Shown here piece after piece: positions 39,828-53,303 of a stretch of 64,000 bases of DNA (position 1 is its first letter; each line of letters starts with the position of its first letter). A program made the position numbers and the translations under genes. The DNA comes from Octopus vulgaris (taxonomy: Eukaryota): assembly GCA_951406725.2 (NCBI GenBank), contig OX597814.1, positions 224,998,001-225,062,000 of the forward strand, given 5' to 3'. The notes beneath the pieces were generated by a model. The model saw only the letters and a list, made by a program, of their open reading frames with translations, was not told where the DNA came from and made no database searches.

Positions 39828-40260
39828 TAGCTACTTCCTTTATTCGTCTCTTGCTATTTTCCGCATTCAATTACATGGATTTCCTCTCTTTTATTACGTT
39901 TTTGGCATTTTTTGTTGTTTTACTTAGTTCCAAATCAGACTGGAATCACTGAGACCATAAATCTAACATAAATATATCTCTTCACACAGACATTTCTTTC
40001 AGCCCCTGAAAAGCTTCTCTTGCTCTCTCTCTTCTCTTCCATCTCTCTTGCTCTCTCTTCTCTTTCATCTCTCTTGCTCTCTCTTCTCTTCCATCTCTCT
40101 TGCTTTCTACATCTCTTCCTCAATATTTCTTTGTATATGTTAGTATATCTAGCAATTATTTATATCTTAGTTCGGTTTAAAGAGAACATAGGCCGGTGAT
40201 AGGTATATGTCTTTATGTATATTCATATTTCAGCACCTGCACACGTGTACACATACTCAC

Positions 40261-40295
<35 letters not shown>

Positions 40296-40331
40296 CATAC
40301 ACATATATATATGTGCATTTTAAAATTCATT

Positions 40332-40545
40332 ATTCTTTTAACTGTGCCAGTCATTTGACTACGGCCGTGCTGGAGCACCGTCTTTACTCAAACAAATCGA
40401 CACCAGGACTTATTCTTTGTAAGCCTGGTACTTATTCTATCGGTATCTTTTGCTGATTCGCTAGTTTACTGGGACATAAACACACCAACATCGGTTGTCA
40501 AGCGATGGTAGAGGGATAAATACAGACACAAACACATGCAAATAT
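40332..40545 (-). mobile_element. SINE family A, 3' half
   Basis: CAGTCATTTGACT..GCTGGAGCACCG..CATCGGTTGTCAAGCGATGG. Confidence 0.8.
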
Positions 40546-41129
40546 ATATATGTATATATACATATATATATACACATGCATGTAGATGTAGTGTATGAAT
40601 GTGTGTATACATGTAAGCCAATATATATATACGTTGTTATTTTTTTTGAAATTTACTTAATCATTGATATTTTATTGTGATTTTAATTTTAATATCTCTA
40701 TTACATGTAATTTTCTAGATGGTGTAATTTAATTGTTCATTTTGAATTGATAAAATGTGTTTTTTTTTTCTAATTTTATATATATATCATATTACATTAT
40801 ATTGTGTGAAATTTGATTTAGTATTCCTAAATTTAATTTTTTCCCTGTAAGTTTGGATTTATATTCCCTCAAATAATTATATATATATATATATATATAA
40901 TTATATATATATATATACAGGTATAAGTTAAAGGTGTTTAAAGCCTCTAAAAGATAGATACATCCAAAGCCACTTCTCGTAATTATCTCGGTAGGTATAT
41001 TCCTTAGTATAAAGTATACGGCAGCAGGTAATTTAGCGGGTAACCGTAGTTTAATTTATATACACGAGAAGAAAATGGAGGAAAAATAACAAACAGAAGT
41101 GTGTCTTTTGCGCTAGTAAGCCATTGTTT

Positions 41130-41700
41130 AATTAGTAAATAAAGGTGAGAGAGTGAGAGTGAAGTTGTTTACGTTCGTTTCTGTTTAGCTTGATGAGGAA
41201 AATATATACTTATATTTGGGCCTCGTTGCCAATGGTAGACATCGTCAGAACGGAGAAGTCAGAGGAAGAGAGAAGAAGAGTGAAAGGTCAATGGTTACAT
41301 CGGAAAAGATAAGGTCAAACATTCGAGTGTCTTACATTATAGTTGGGTTCACAGTACGTTAAGTCCGTTGTGAGGTGGATGAAGAATATAAATCAGTTGG
41401 ACCTGTGGTCTCATGGTTATTCAGTGTCATGTCTTGCACGTGCCTGTGTCTTCTGGGGTTTCACTCGCGGTGCAATGTAAGGAAGCTACCTCTAATTAGG
41501 GAAAACCGGTGCTATTATAATGGCCTACGTGTCATTGAAATATATGTTGTAGGAGGTTCGTATTATCACAGGAAGCCATATATTGGTGTAAAGTATGGAA
41601 CGGGCGTCGGTCCGATCCAGCGTGTAGAGAGACTCATTGCCGTTATTACTATTTTGTTATGAAGAGGGCATGGAGAAAGAGGGTGGGAAGAAAAAGTTAG
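41130..41700 (-). mobile_element. Possible Penelope-like remnant with a decayed hammerhead (41210-41252)
   Basis: Minus strand CTGACGA-TGTCT..AGGCC-CAAATATA (GAAA mutated); extent uncertain. Confidence 0.3.
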
Positions 41701-42841
41701 CATGTAAGTATCTTAGGTCGTTCTCGGTTAAAAAGAATTATATGCATACATAGGCTAGCGTAGGATATAGAGTAGGTATATAATTATTGGTTTATTATGT
41801 GGGTTTGGAGTAGGGTAATGTAAGTTTGGGTTGGTGTAAGTGGTTAAGGGGGGGTAATGGGCTGGTGAGTAAGTCTTCTAGTAGGGGTGAGGCTAGGATA
41901 GTGATATGTACAGGATAGATCGGGTTTAACGAAACTTAGAGAAGACAAATTGGACTATATGCAGACAAAAAAATTATTTTCATGTTTTTCTTATTCAGTA
42001 GAGGCGGTTTAGCCATTAATATATTCAGGTGCTCTGTTAAACAGAGATCGCACCGCTTATTAGTTATTTTATAAAACGAGGTGATTGCTAGGATGCGCCA
42101 TTTTAAACTATAATTAATTTTTTTATTCTTTAATTCCCAGATGTAGCTACTAAGCCATGTGGAGTTTGCTTTACTTCTATTTCTAGAGCTAGTTTGGTGT
42201 TAGTTGTATCTCAGTATCATTTGGTTTTTCGTGGTCCCTATATACGATTTCGTATGGTTATTTGTGAATACGTTGCATTGGTATACTATATTTTCTGTTT
42301 TACACCGATTAGAAAATTGGCACTTATTTCTGTCTCTGCAGCCACATAAAGTATTCTGTCTATCTGTGCTAATGTTGTGTTGCGGGGTGGGGAAGCTATT
42401 TTTAGTCGGGTCGCTGTCCGTGTTGCTTGATGGCGCACCTTTAGCGGTGGTATTTCTTCTATTTGCCGGTTGGCTGTTCTGTTTTTATGTTGCTGATTTT
42501 CCTAGTTTCATAGAAGGTGTCCAGTTTATTATTATTTCATTATGTAGCAACTAGTGCTATAAATTTATATCCAGATTGTAGAAGTTCATAGTTTTATCGG
42601 AGTGAACTATAATTCCCTTTTGTAATTTCAGTTTGTATAATAGGTCCTTTAGTTTCTACCTATGGAGATGGTATAAAACGAGCGGCGGCGATACCCAACA
42701 TGCCGTAACTGGTGACTGGGAGAGAGTGAAGAGGAGCGTTGCTTCTCTTGTAATTTTCTCAGGCTTCGTAATTTAGGTTGGTTACGTTCCCATCCTTCTT
42801 AACGAGTCTTGACTCAAACCTGGTTGATGATTGCTATTATT

Positions 42842-43222
42842 CTTTATTCTTTCATTCTGTTACTTGTTTAAAGTCATTTGACAGTGGACATGCTGGAGCA
42901 AGGCCTTGAAAGGGTTCTAGTCGACCCCAGGACTTATTTTTTTAAAGCCTAGTACTTATTCTATCGGTCACTTGGCCGAACCGCTAAGTTACAGAGACAT
43001 AGACACATCAACACCGGTTGTCAAGCGGTGCTGGGAGCACAAACACACACGCATACTCATATATATATACATGACGTGCTTCTTTCAGTTTCTGTCTACC
43101 AAGGCTTTGATCGGCCCGTTGCTTTAGCAGAAGAAACTTGCTCAAGGTGCCACGCAGCGGGATTGAACCCGGAACCACGTGGCTGAGAAGCAAGCTTCTT
43201 ACCACACAGCCACACCTGCACC
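42842..43222 (-). mobile_element. SINE family A, full length, diverged
   Basis: Matches 14105-14491. Confidence 0.85.
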
Positions 43223-43721
43223 TTCTCAATGAGTGTTTGGTGTTGATTCAATCCTGGTTTGTAGCTATTATCTTATATTTATTTGATATGTGCTAATAAA
43301 ATGTCTGCGAAATTTCTATTTAATTAGTAATCACACTACGATTATCTTAGTGATAATATTTTCATGTCCTTGTATGTGCATTGTTTGTATTTTGTGCATT
43401 AGAAATATTACTTGTTTCCCGTATCGCATTGAATCGTAGAGACGCGCATTTAAATACTCTATTTTCATTTAATGTATTAAGGCAAAGTTAATATATTTCT
43501 CCTCGGGACATATTTACCGGATGTAATTCATAGTAAGGCAAAAATGTATTAATCATGCAATGAAGATGCCAACTAAAGCTGTTATATATTAGCCTATGAT
43601 TCTTATTTAATGGTCGATAAACTGAAATTTCACGTCTTATAAACTGTGGGAATAAACCACACCGTTGGTAGGACATATTCGATTATAGTTGGTACAGTTG
43701 GTATGGGTCAAGCCTGAACTA

Positions 43722-43784
43722 AGCAACAACAACAACAACAACAAAAACACCACCACCACCAGAAACAACAACAACAACAACAAT

Positions 43785-43815
<31 letters not shown>

Positions 43816-43833
43816 ACAACAATAAAAACAGCA
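43722..43833. repeat. (CAA)/(CAC)/(CAG)n microsatellite
   Basis: Seen directly. Confidence 0.9.
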
Positions 43834-43914
43834 AGTCCTCTACTTCTCGTTGCAAATGCTCTGTTATTCTCCCTAAAATCTGCAAAAAATATTGCTTATG
43901 TTCTTTCATTCCAT

Positions 43915-44210
43915 AGGCCAACAACTGGGGTAAAGGGTAAAGACACCCTTCGGTCATGAATGACCATAAGATTGCACCTAGAATGTTCTCCTTCCGCGGC
44001 ACAAGTCCGGACAAGGGTATTTATTGAAGACCAGTAGTTACCCGTGCATACCAGTCTCCCCTCTCCACGCCACCGATGTTATCCACGGGAAAGGCAAAGG
44101 GGCCAATACAGTGACGTCGTGGATCGTTTCTACAGCTGAGTGAATTGCTCAAAAACATAATACGCAACTCGGTCCGGGAATCGAACTCACTCCCTCATGA
44201 TCGTGATCTA
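43915..44210 (-). mobile_element. SINE related to family C, with a different 3' body
   Basis: CAGCTGAGTGAA..GCTCAA..GGTCCGGGAATCGAACTCAC head shared with family C. Confidence 0.55.
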
Positions 44211-45484
44211 TGTTGATTTATGTTGAGCACTTATGGAAGATTTTGTTTAACACAAAGTTAGTTTTGATTAAGTAGACATATGGTAAAAGACTTTCCAGTC
44301 ATGATCACCCCGTATGTTTATCTAGGACAATATTATCCAACGCTTTTATTCGTTTTAAGAAGGTAAGGTGTAATTGGAAGGAATTAAGCAAATATTCTTA
44401 ATTGCAATTAAAATCTAAGAAGCGAGATACTACCCGACTGCTCGATCTGAAAAGAATGGTAGCCAAATTCCTTAAAATTACACCCTACTGTTTTAGAAAA
44501 GTAAGAAGCATTGGGCAATATTGTCTTTGATATACAAAAAATTGGGATGGTTATCACTTGAACGTCTTTTATCATAGGCAACCAGAATTGACCTTGGTTT
44601 AAGCAACATATTTCATTTGCGTGCAACAGAAAACAACATATATGAATGTTGTTTTTTTTTTCTCTGATCACAGAACCTATATTTTAAGGAAACATAGACA
44701 TAATAGTTTGTAAAGTATAAACCTTTCTCAATAGTATCATCTTCATCATATTTAGTTAATTTAGGACAGCCGAGAATCGAAACAACGTTCGGATCTCTTC
44801 TTACAGAATATTATTCTCTTACTCTACAGTAACACACACACAAGCAAATATTAACTGAAATTATATTTGTTCGATATAGAATTAAATTAGTCTGTCTATA
44901 ATAGTATGTAACATTGAGTTTCTATCTAAATCACGCTATCATTTAATGTGCTATGATAATGTAACGATTGAAATGCCTATTGAATTAGATTAAGCTCAGA
45001 CACGAGATTTTTTTGTTCCACAAATAACTAATTGATCACCAATCAAATCTCTAGAGTTTTATTTCTCAAATAAATTAATCGTATTCTTTTGCAGATTGTT
45101 TTGGTGTCGGTGGCTATGTTTTTCTTTTATCGTTTTCTTTCCTGTAGTGTTCCTCTCGGGAATAAAAAGAAAGTGTAGAGCTATATTGGATCGGTGCAGT
45201 TGATGTGGAGATTAAAATGTCGGATATTGCTGGATTTCAGAAATGATATAAGACTTTTACAGGTTGGCAGACAATCTATGGAATGAAAAAATATAAGCAA
45301 TATTTAGCTCGGATTTGAGAGAAAATAACAGAAACTGTCCAATAAAAACTAGAGCGCTTGTTGTTTTTGTTGTTGTTTGTGCTAATGCTTTGCCTAAGTC
45401 TATTCTCATTAAGCAAACTTAATGCGTAAAGACTTTCCAGACATCACCATCAGCTCCGTCTTTCGAACATTGTGTAATAAGTAA

Positions 45485-45694
45485 AGTTTCTTCCCGAGTC
45501 TTGTAAACTTATAGGGCAGATTTTCCTTGTCAGTCTGTCACAAGATTACTCATTTTTGCCAGCTGAGTGGACTGGAGCAACATGAAAGGAAGTGTTTTTC
45601 TCAAGAAAACAACGCGTCGCCCAGTCTAGGAATCGAAACCACAATCTTTCGATCATGAGTCCAACACCCTAACTATCAAGCCACGCGCCTCCAC
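45485..45694 (-). mobile_element. SINE family C
   Basis: TTACTCATTTTTGCCAGCTGAGTGGACTGGAGCAAC..GGAATCGAAACCACAATC, as in 31639-31787. Confidence 0.85.
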
Positions 45695-46849
45695 GAGCAT
45701 TGCGTATTTAGTAGTATATATTTCCAGGTAGACTTAATTATCATCCGGTTTAGCAACGCCGTCGGGCTCTTGGGTTTTGCGGAGTTCACTTGATAGTAAA
45801 TGTTTGCACCGACTCTCCTGTCTGAAGATAACCTCATTCTTATTTCCCAACAGTCTTAGGGGCACTTAAAAAATCGATGCCCTTCCTGTTGTGGCAAAGC
45901 CGTTGGGTAAAAATTGGAGCGTGGCTGCTCTTACTTGTTGGTCAAGTGACGACAACAGTAAGAGTAAAAGATTTATTTAAATAGAAATGAAAAGGAATCG
46001 AATTGTCCTGACAACGAAGATACTGTATAGGGATGGAATCTGAACTTAAAGCCTCTATTAAGGAGTATTTAATGCTCTGGCTTTCGCATAGAAATATAAT
46101 AATCAAAAATATATAGACTTCCAGATATGAACGTAGTCAATCGAATGCCTGGTAGGGTATCTGAAGATACTCAGAACTTAAATACTTAAATACTATGGAT
46201 AATTTTTTTATTAAGTAATCGACACTGTTTAAAGAGATAGAAGATACTCTGGGAAGGAAGCCTCGGATAATTTTGATTCTTGGCAATTAGCATTTGGAAG
46301 GGAGGGAGTTTAAGCAAGTGCTAGTGACAGTATTCGAAGAATATTGATGAATTACTTTTCAAATGAATATACACTAGAGTTTCACGTACGAAATAACGTC
46401 AACTGCAAAACTTCGACTGTATATGCTATTAGACTGTATATGCTATTAGTACACGAAACTCTTAATAGAGCTACCTAAAATATAAAAACCATATATAAAA
46501 TATAAAACGTATAAAATATAAAAACAACATATAAAAAATATATATATTTTTTATATAAAATCTAAAAGAGAAGTGAGATAAATTTAATAACGTAATTTAC
46601 TTGAAATTTCTAGAATATATATGGAAAAAGCAAGAGGGCATCTAGTCTTTTAAGTTACAGGCATAGTTCAATATTATTAGACTTCTTCATAGGGGCATAT
46701 ACTATTCAAGTGGCAACCTATGTGTAGGCAATGAAGGTACACCGGTTATGATTATGAACAGTTAAGCTGAAGAAAATACTTCAAGGCGCCATAACTGAAA
46801 TATATTTGAGTATATATGGGCGCACAATCAGACGTGGCTTAAGGGATAA

Positions 46850-46895
46850 ACACCACCACCACCACCGACAGCAACAACAACAATAAACAACAGTA

Positions 46896-46971
<76 letters not shown>

Positions 46972-46992
46972 AATCTACTGCTACTGCTGCTA
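46850..46992. repeat. (CAC)/(CAA)/(CTA)n microsatellite
   Basis: Seen directly. Confidence 0.9.
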
Positions 46993-47202
46993 GTGTTGCT
47001 AAATACAGACGCAGTAGAATTTCTCGTTTGTAATGTGTTTAATATAGTAAGTTGAATAACTTAACTGTTACTGTCCTTGCAATTAATAGTCAAAGCATTC
47101 ATTTGGGGCTTTAACATATAAAACAAATACCAATAAGCAAAAAAGAGACCTCCAAGATGTTGAGTGGAATTCAGGGAAAATAGATTATTTACTTTTCTCT
47201 AA

Positions 47203-47957
47203 TCTTCTATATATATAAAACTGTAGTTGTGTGAGTGTCTGTCCCCTTCGATTTAGATTCCTAACTACTCCCACATTTTGCGTGCAGTTTAACCAAATTC
47301 GGGTATCTTATAGTCGTGATTCATATCGAGCCCGTCTGGCTATTAGCGCGCGTCTACGATGAGTCTACGATTTAAAAAAAAATTTAACATCATTTTTTAT
47401 TCCATTTTAATGCATAATTTTTCGTGTGTCGATGGCGGCGGAGTTGGCGTCCATAGTCACACCTGCACCTGTGTTGCTTCTCCCCCTTCTTCCTCCCTCG
47501 TGAAGCTGTGGGGAAGGGAGTGTAAGGAAATCAACGTCGTAAAGCGTTGTCAAGGAGACCAGCGTTCTTTTAGAACAACGACTTCATGGCTTGAAGACAC
47601 CAAAACAGAAATGGCTAAGAAAGCCCGAAAGCAAATTCTACAAAATCGGGAAACACGCTACACAGGGAAGGTTTCCCGTGCAAATAATTTGCACAACCGA
47701 ATGTTTTAGTTGTTGCACAACTTTTACATAAAAAATATTATCCAAACAAAAACTTTTGAAGGCAATAAAAAGGCAAGCTTGAAGACAATATTGTATGGCG
47801 ATGGTACTTGTGAAATATGGTAATGGATTTAGTAGCCAAAAGGAGAGAGCAGAGTATGGTGGTGGTGGAGGCGGTGGTAGTGGCAGCGGTGGTGGCAGGG
47901 GTGCTGGTAGTGGTGATAGTGGTCGTGGTCGTGGTGGTCGTCGTGTTTGTGGTGGTG

Positions 47958-47989
<32 letters not shown>

Positions 47990-47999
47990 GGTGATGGTG

Positions 48000-48031
<32 letters not shown>

Positions 48032-49483
48032 GATGGTGTTGTTGTTGTTGTTGTTGGTGGTGGTCGTGGTGGTCATCGTGATGGTGGTGGTGATGGTCAT
48101 GGGCGTAGTGGTGGTGGTGGTAGTGGTGATGGTGTTGGTCGTGGTGGTAGTGGTGATGGTGTTGGTCGTGGTGGTGGTGGTCGTCTGGGTTCTTCCAATT
48201 TTTTCGTGTGTCGGTGGCGGCGTTGGCGTTCATGCTCGCACCTGCACCAGTGTAGCTCCTCCCCTTCTTCCCTCCCTCGTGAAGCTGTGGGGAAGGCAGG
48301 GTAGGGAAATCAACGTCGTAAAGCGTTGTCAAGGAGACCAGCGTTCCTTTAGAACAACGACTTCATGGCTTGAAGTCGCCAAAACAGAAATCGCTAAAAA
48401 AGCTGAAACAGATCCACAAAAACGGCAAAAACCGCCACACAGGGCAGGTTTCCTGTGCAAACAATTTGCACAACCGAATGTTTTAGTTATTGCACAAATC
48501 TTTATATATAAAAGTGAAGTTGTGTGTCTGTCTCCTACGATTTAGATTCCTAGCTACTCCTACATTTTGCGGTGCAGTTTAACCAAAAGCGGGTATCTTA
48601 TAGTCGTGATTCATATCGAGCCTTTCTGGGTATTAGCGCGCGTCTACGATGAGTCTACGATTTTAAAAAAATTTACCATCATTTTTTCCATTTTAATGCA
48701 TTTTTTTGCTATTATATAAGGGAAGTAACTCTCTAAAAATGTCTACGATGAGTCAACGATTTAAAAAAAAAATTACCATAATTTTTTATTACATTTTTAA
48801 TGCATTTTTTTGCTATTTTTTTGCTATAACTCTCTAAAAATGCTTATGATTGATTGATTGATTGATTCTAGTTTCAGCTCATGAGCTGTGGCCATGCTGG
48901 GGTTTTACTGTGGCCATGCTGGGGTTTTACTTCACGAAAGCTTTTTAGCAACTGCCATTTGGTGCATGAGAGAGTTCGATGCAGCTGCCCTCATCTGCAC
49001 CCCCTGCCGTGAAGTTGGTTCATCTGGGACACCTGACAGGAAGATATCCAGTTATTTCTCTTACAAACCCGAGCAACGCCGGGTGATACTGCTAGTTATA
49101 TATAAAAGTAAGGTTGTGTGTCTGTCTCCTACGATTTAGATTCCTAACTACTCCCACATTTTGCGGTGCAGTTTAACCAAAACCGGGTATCTTATAGTCG
49201 TGATTCATATCGAGCCCTTCTGGATATTAGCGCGCGTCTACGATGAGTCTACGATTAAAAAAAATTTACCATCAATTTTTCCCATTTTTAATGCATTTTT
49301 GGCATATATAAGGGAAGTAACTCTCTAAAACTCTATTATTAAATCTCAGAACGTAAAATGCTGCAGTAACACCCCCCCCTTGTGGTTAGCCATATTGGGA
49401 TGGCTATTATACTTTACATCTCTAAAAATGCTTATATAGTTATTTCCCTTACAAACCCGAGCAACGCCGGGCGATACTGCTAG
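47203..49483 (+). mobile_element. Composite non-autonomous Helitron (three 5' ends, two 3' ends)
   Basis: A|TCTTCTATATATATAAAA 5' end; related heads at 48499 and 49096; CCCGAGCAACGCCGGG hairpin followed by CTAG at 49092-49095 and 49480-49483|T; no TSD. Confidence 0.85.
48848..49049 (-). mobile_element. Retroposed 3' end with an (AATC)n tail, nested in the second Helitron unit
   Basis: Interrupts AAATGCTTAT|..AGTTATTT, which is contiguous at 49426-49445; CCCAGCATGGCCACAGCTCATGAGCTGAAAC resembles the family A SINE tail and 13365-13395. Confidence 0.65.
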
Positions 49484-50254
49484 TGTAATATATGCCTATG
49501 CATGTATGTAACCATAACATCTCAAATGCATGATCAGAATTCTGTAATATTGTTCATTTCTCTTTCATAAAGTAATAGCAATTGTTCAAACTTGAAATAT
49601 TTGGAGGCGGATCTAATGAAGGTTTGTAATGGAAATATAACTCTGTAAAATAGCTGTAGTGGTTTAGCCCCAGGTCAGTTCAAATGGAATACACTTATCA
49701 TCAAAGAAATTGCAACTGTTTGCAGTCCGTTACTTTGAATATCAGGGGCCGCTGTATTATCATCTAATGTCGGCTTCAAGCTTTGAAAACAAAAAGTAAT
49801 TTTGTTGGAGATAAGGCATCAACTTATAAGCTGTGAATATATAAAAAGCGAAAAGTTGATGAAATAGAAATCAAGTGATAACTACGATAAAATTGTTAGA
49901 AAGGTTCCAGCGAGGTTAATTGTCAATCGTTTAATCTCCAAATTAATTCTTATAGAGGTGGGTGGAATTAGATAATTATAAACAATTATTTATAATATTT
50001 GTTAATTATGTAGCGAAACGGCTGCAACAGTAGTACTGATTCCATTTTCTTTTTTCTTCTCTTCACACGTTAATATTAACTCAATCAATTAGGAAGACGA
50101 CGACATGTTAGCTATACAGAGATATGAGAGAGAAATGGTTAAGTAAACAATATCAAAGCAAACTGCTTATTTAATAAAATTAAAAGCATCCATCCATAGA
50201 TCCAGCCATCCTCTCATCCACGTATATGTCCGTCTGTCTGTCTATATGAATGTA

Positions 50255-50575
50255 CGTTTGTGTGTATGTATATGTATTTATGCGTGTTTGTATATACATA
50301 TATGTGTGTGTATGTGAGTGTGAATGCATATATATATACATATATATATTCAAAGACACACACACATATATACATACGTACATATATTACGAATATATAT
50401 ACGTATAAATTAAAAAAATAGACATGAATATATATATGCATCTATTTATACATAAATATATGTATATACATATATACCTAGATATATATACTCATATACC
50501 TATATTTATATATATATATGTATATATATATATATGTATATGTATATGTATATACATATATATACATATATATAC

Positions 50576-50646
<71 letters not shown>

Positions 50647-50856
50647 CATATATATATAAGCGCATTCACACACGCACATATGTACACATACAAATGCGTA
50701 CACAAATACACACACTCAACATAAATAAGCATACACATACTGATAATTGATTTTTAGACGTGAAGAATTCCATTTGTATAGTCATGACTCATTGATGACC
50801 ATTAATTTATTTACAAGATTCTAACTATGCAAATATACATACATGTATGTGTGTGT

Positions 50857-50904
<48 letters not shown>

Positions 50905-50983
50905 TATATATATATAAATAAATATATATATATACATATATATTCATATATATATACAGATATATATACATACATATATATAT

Positions 50984-51014
<31 letters not shown>

Positions 51015-51170
51015 CATATATATATTTATATATATATGCATATATATTTATTCACACCCACGCATATATATATATATATATATAGCTACACATATATATA
51101 CACAAAAAAATGCGTATATACATACACACACACACACACACATACACATGCACATATACATACACATACG
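50255..51170. repeat. Extended (TA)/(CA)/(TG) compound microsatellites
   Basis: Seen directly. Confidence 0.9.
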
Positions 51171-51607
51171 CATAATCGCGTAAGAAATTTATTTGATATC
51201 TAGTTTGACTTACTCTGCTTTTTTTGTTTTTTATAACATTGTAAAGTAATACGCAGAAATATATTTAGGAATTCACACATTGATTTATGTCCTATCTTAC
51301 GATTATTATACATTTATTACTCCGTTACAAATTTGAGGTTTCAAGAGAGATGAGACTTGAAATTTTGTGATCTCAAGGGAGGCTCTATATGGCCAATCGC
51401 TCTGCTAGAAATTGCAGCTAAATCTCATCCACATCAAAGCCTAACCTCTTTATTAATAGAGAACGAAAAATGAGTAACGATTTTATAAATTATAGTTGTA
51501 GATATATAACGGGAAGCTTTATGAAAATAAACAAAAGACGAAGGCAGGTGGAATACAAACAAACAATTGTATTAGTATGGCGCTCAGGAATATAAATAAA
51601 ACAAGTG

Positions 51608-51641
51608 TTTTACGTTTCGAGCCTACGCTCTTCAACAGAAA
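51608..51641 (-). ncRNA. Ultra-minimal hammerhead-like motif with a CUGUUGA core (related copy 55401-55437)
   Basis: UUU-CUGUUGA-A-GAGC-GUAG-GCUC-GAAAC-GUA-AAA; second copy UUU-CUGUAGA-A-GAGC-GUAG-GCUC-GAAAU-GUC-AAA. Confidence 0.5.
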
Positions 51642-51923
51642 GATACACAGAAAAGAAAGACGGAGAGAAACAAGGAGAGAAAAAGATGCGTGCAGAAGCT
51701 AGCGAATCAACATGGCGATATATATATACATACATAGATGAGATGGTCACAATGGGAATGTATTTGATCATAGTTGTGTGAAATTACATCTTGGGAAAGG
51801 AATTAGGTATTCTGGAACATTGGATAACATAGACTTGCATTTCTATGAATAGAGATGGTCATAACTGGAATACCTTTGAATATAAAGATCCGCAGTCAGA
51901 CTTGACATAAAGGATAAACACCA

Positions 51924-52093
<170 letters not shown>

Positions 52094-52383
52094 CACGACA
52101 ACAAGAGAGCTGTTCAGACACAAGACAACATCAATGATAAACGATTACAAAGCAAAAGCTGAACGTTCGCAACTCTCCAGGCATTGGAATTGTTTGTGAC
52201 ACACTGCATATCGCTAGCAGCAGTTTCTTAACTGTGGCTGAAGTGATTAGGACAACGGAACAAATAAAACCGGTAACAGAATGAATGGAAAAGAGAAATA
52301 TATATTAACATGAACCTTTATATTTCGTTTTTGGATTTGGTTTGCAAGATTCTTTATATGAGTTCGGGTGTTGAAGCATATTC

Positions 52384-52606
52384 TGTTATGTCTGGGGAGA
52401 GTCATTTTCTTTTTGTGCCTTATAATGTAACACACTCACCGATAAAATTTCCACTTATTTATTATTTCTATTTTTATTTTTATTATGTTATATCTTATTA
52501 TATTTTTATTATTTTCTTATTAAAATAAGAAATAAGTGGAAATGTTTCCGGCGAGTGTGTTACATTATAAAGCACACAAAGAAAATGACTCTCCCCAGAC
52601 ACAACA
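52384..52606. repeat. Inverted repeat with ~80-bp arms and an AT-rich spacer
   Basis: TGTCTGGGGAGAGTCATTTTCTTT..TTATAATGTAACACACTC..TTTCCACTTATTT versus AAATAAGTGGAAA..GAGTGTGTTACATTATAA..AAAGAAAATGACTCTCCCCAGACA. Confidence 0.9.
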
Positions 52607-52724
52607 TAACATGAACTTACTATCTGAAAATAAGCTTAGGTAGAATCGATAATGAGCTTTGTTTATGGTGAGTAGTTAGTCTATGCTACATACAAGCATA
52701 TGTGTGTGTGTGTGTGTGTGTGTG

Positions 52725-52990
52725 AGAGAGCAATGCCTAGTGGTTAGAGTGTTGCTCTTGTGATCGTGATTTCAATTCCTAGACCGGATGATGTTTTGTG
52801 TTCTTGAGCAAAACAGCTCATCTCGCGTTGCTCTGCGATCCTTTTGACATCTGACGCGTGGTACACTGTGCAGCTGTTCATGCAACGTCAACTTGATGGA
52901 GAGAGTGATTTAATGTGCAGCACGTGCATTTGTTCTCTATAAACAAATCATTTGTGCAGGTCATTCGGCAGAAAGCTGAACGTCGCCTTC
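52725..52990 (+). mobile_element. tRNA-derived SINE, family C-related head
   Basis: TGCCTAGTGGTTAGAG..TTTCAATTCC..GTGTTCTTGAGCAAAAC. Confidence 0.6.
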
Positions 52991-53268
52991 GAAGGGTGAG
53001 TCTATCATATATAAATATATATTGGTACAGTTCAATATGAAGACTCCACTAGAGTGGACGAAAGCGCTAATATATGATATATGATTTATAAAAACATGTA
53101 ACATACCAATAAATATCTGTAAATATAAAACCATCCAGATTTCTGAGTACCTCATTTCTTCTAATATATAATACCTGTGCATTATCTCCAAACCTTCTAA
53201 TATATTGGTACACATACGCATACAAACATATATATTATACAGATACATATATGTATACATTCATACAT

Positions 53269-53299
<31 letters not shown>

Positions 53300-53303
<4 letters not shown>

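Noticed and set aside
47738-48545. Gly-, Val-, His/Gln- and Thr/Asn-rich ORFs resembling structural proteins
   Set aside because: Alternative frames of one (GGT/GTT)n tract inside a Helitron; no supported start or splice context
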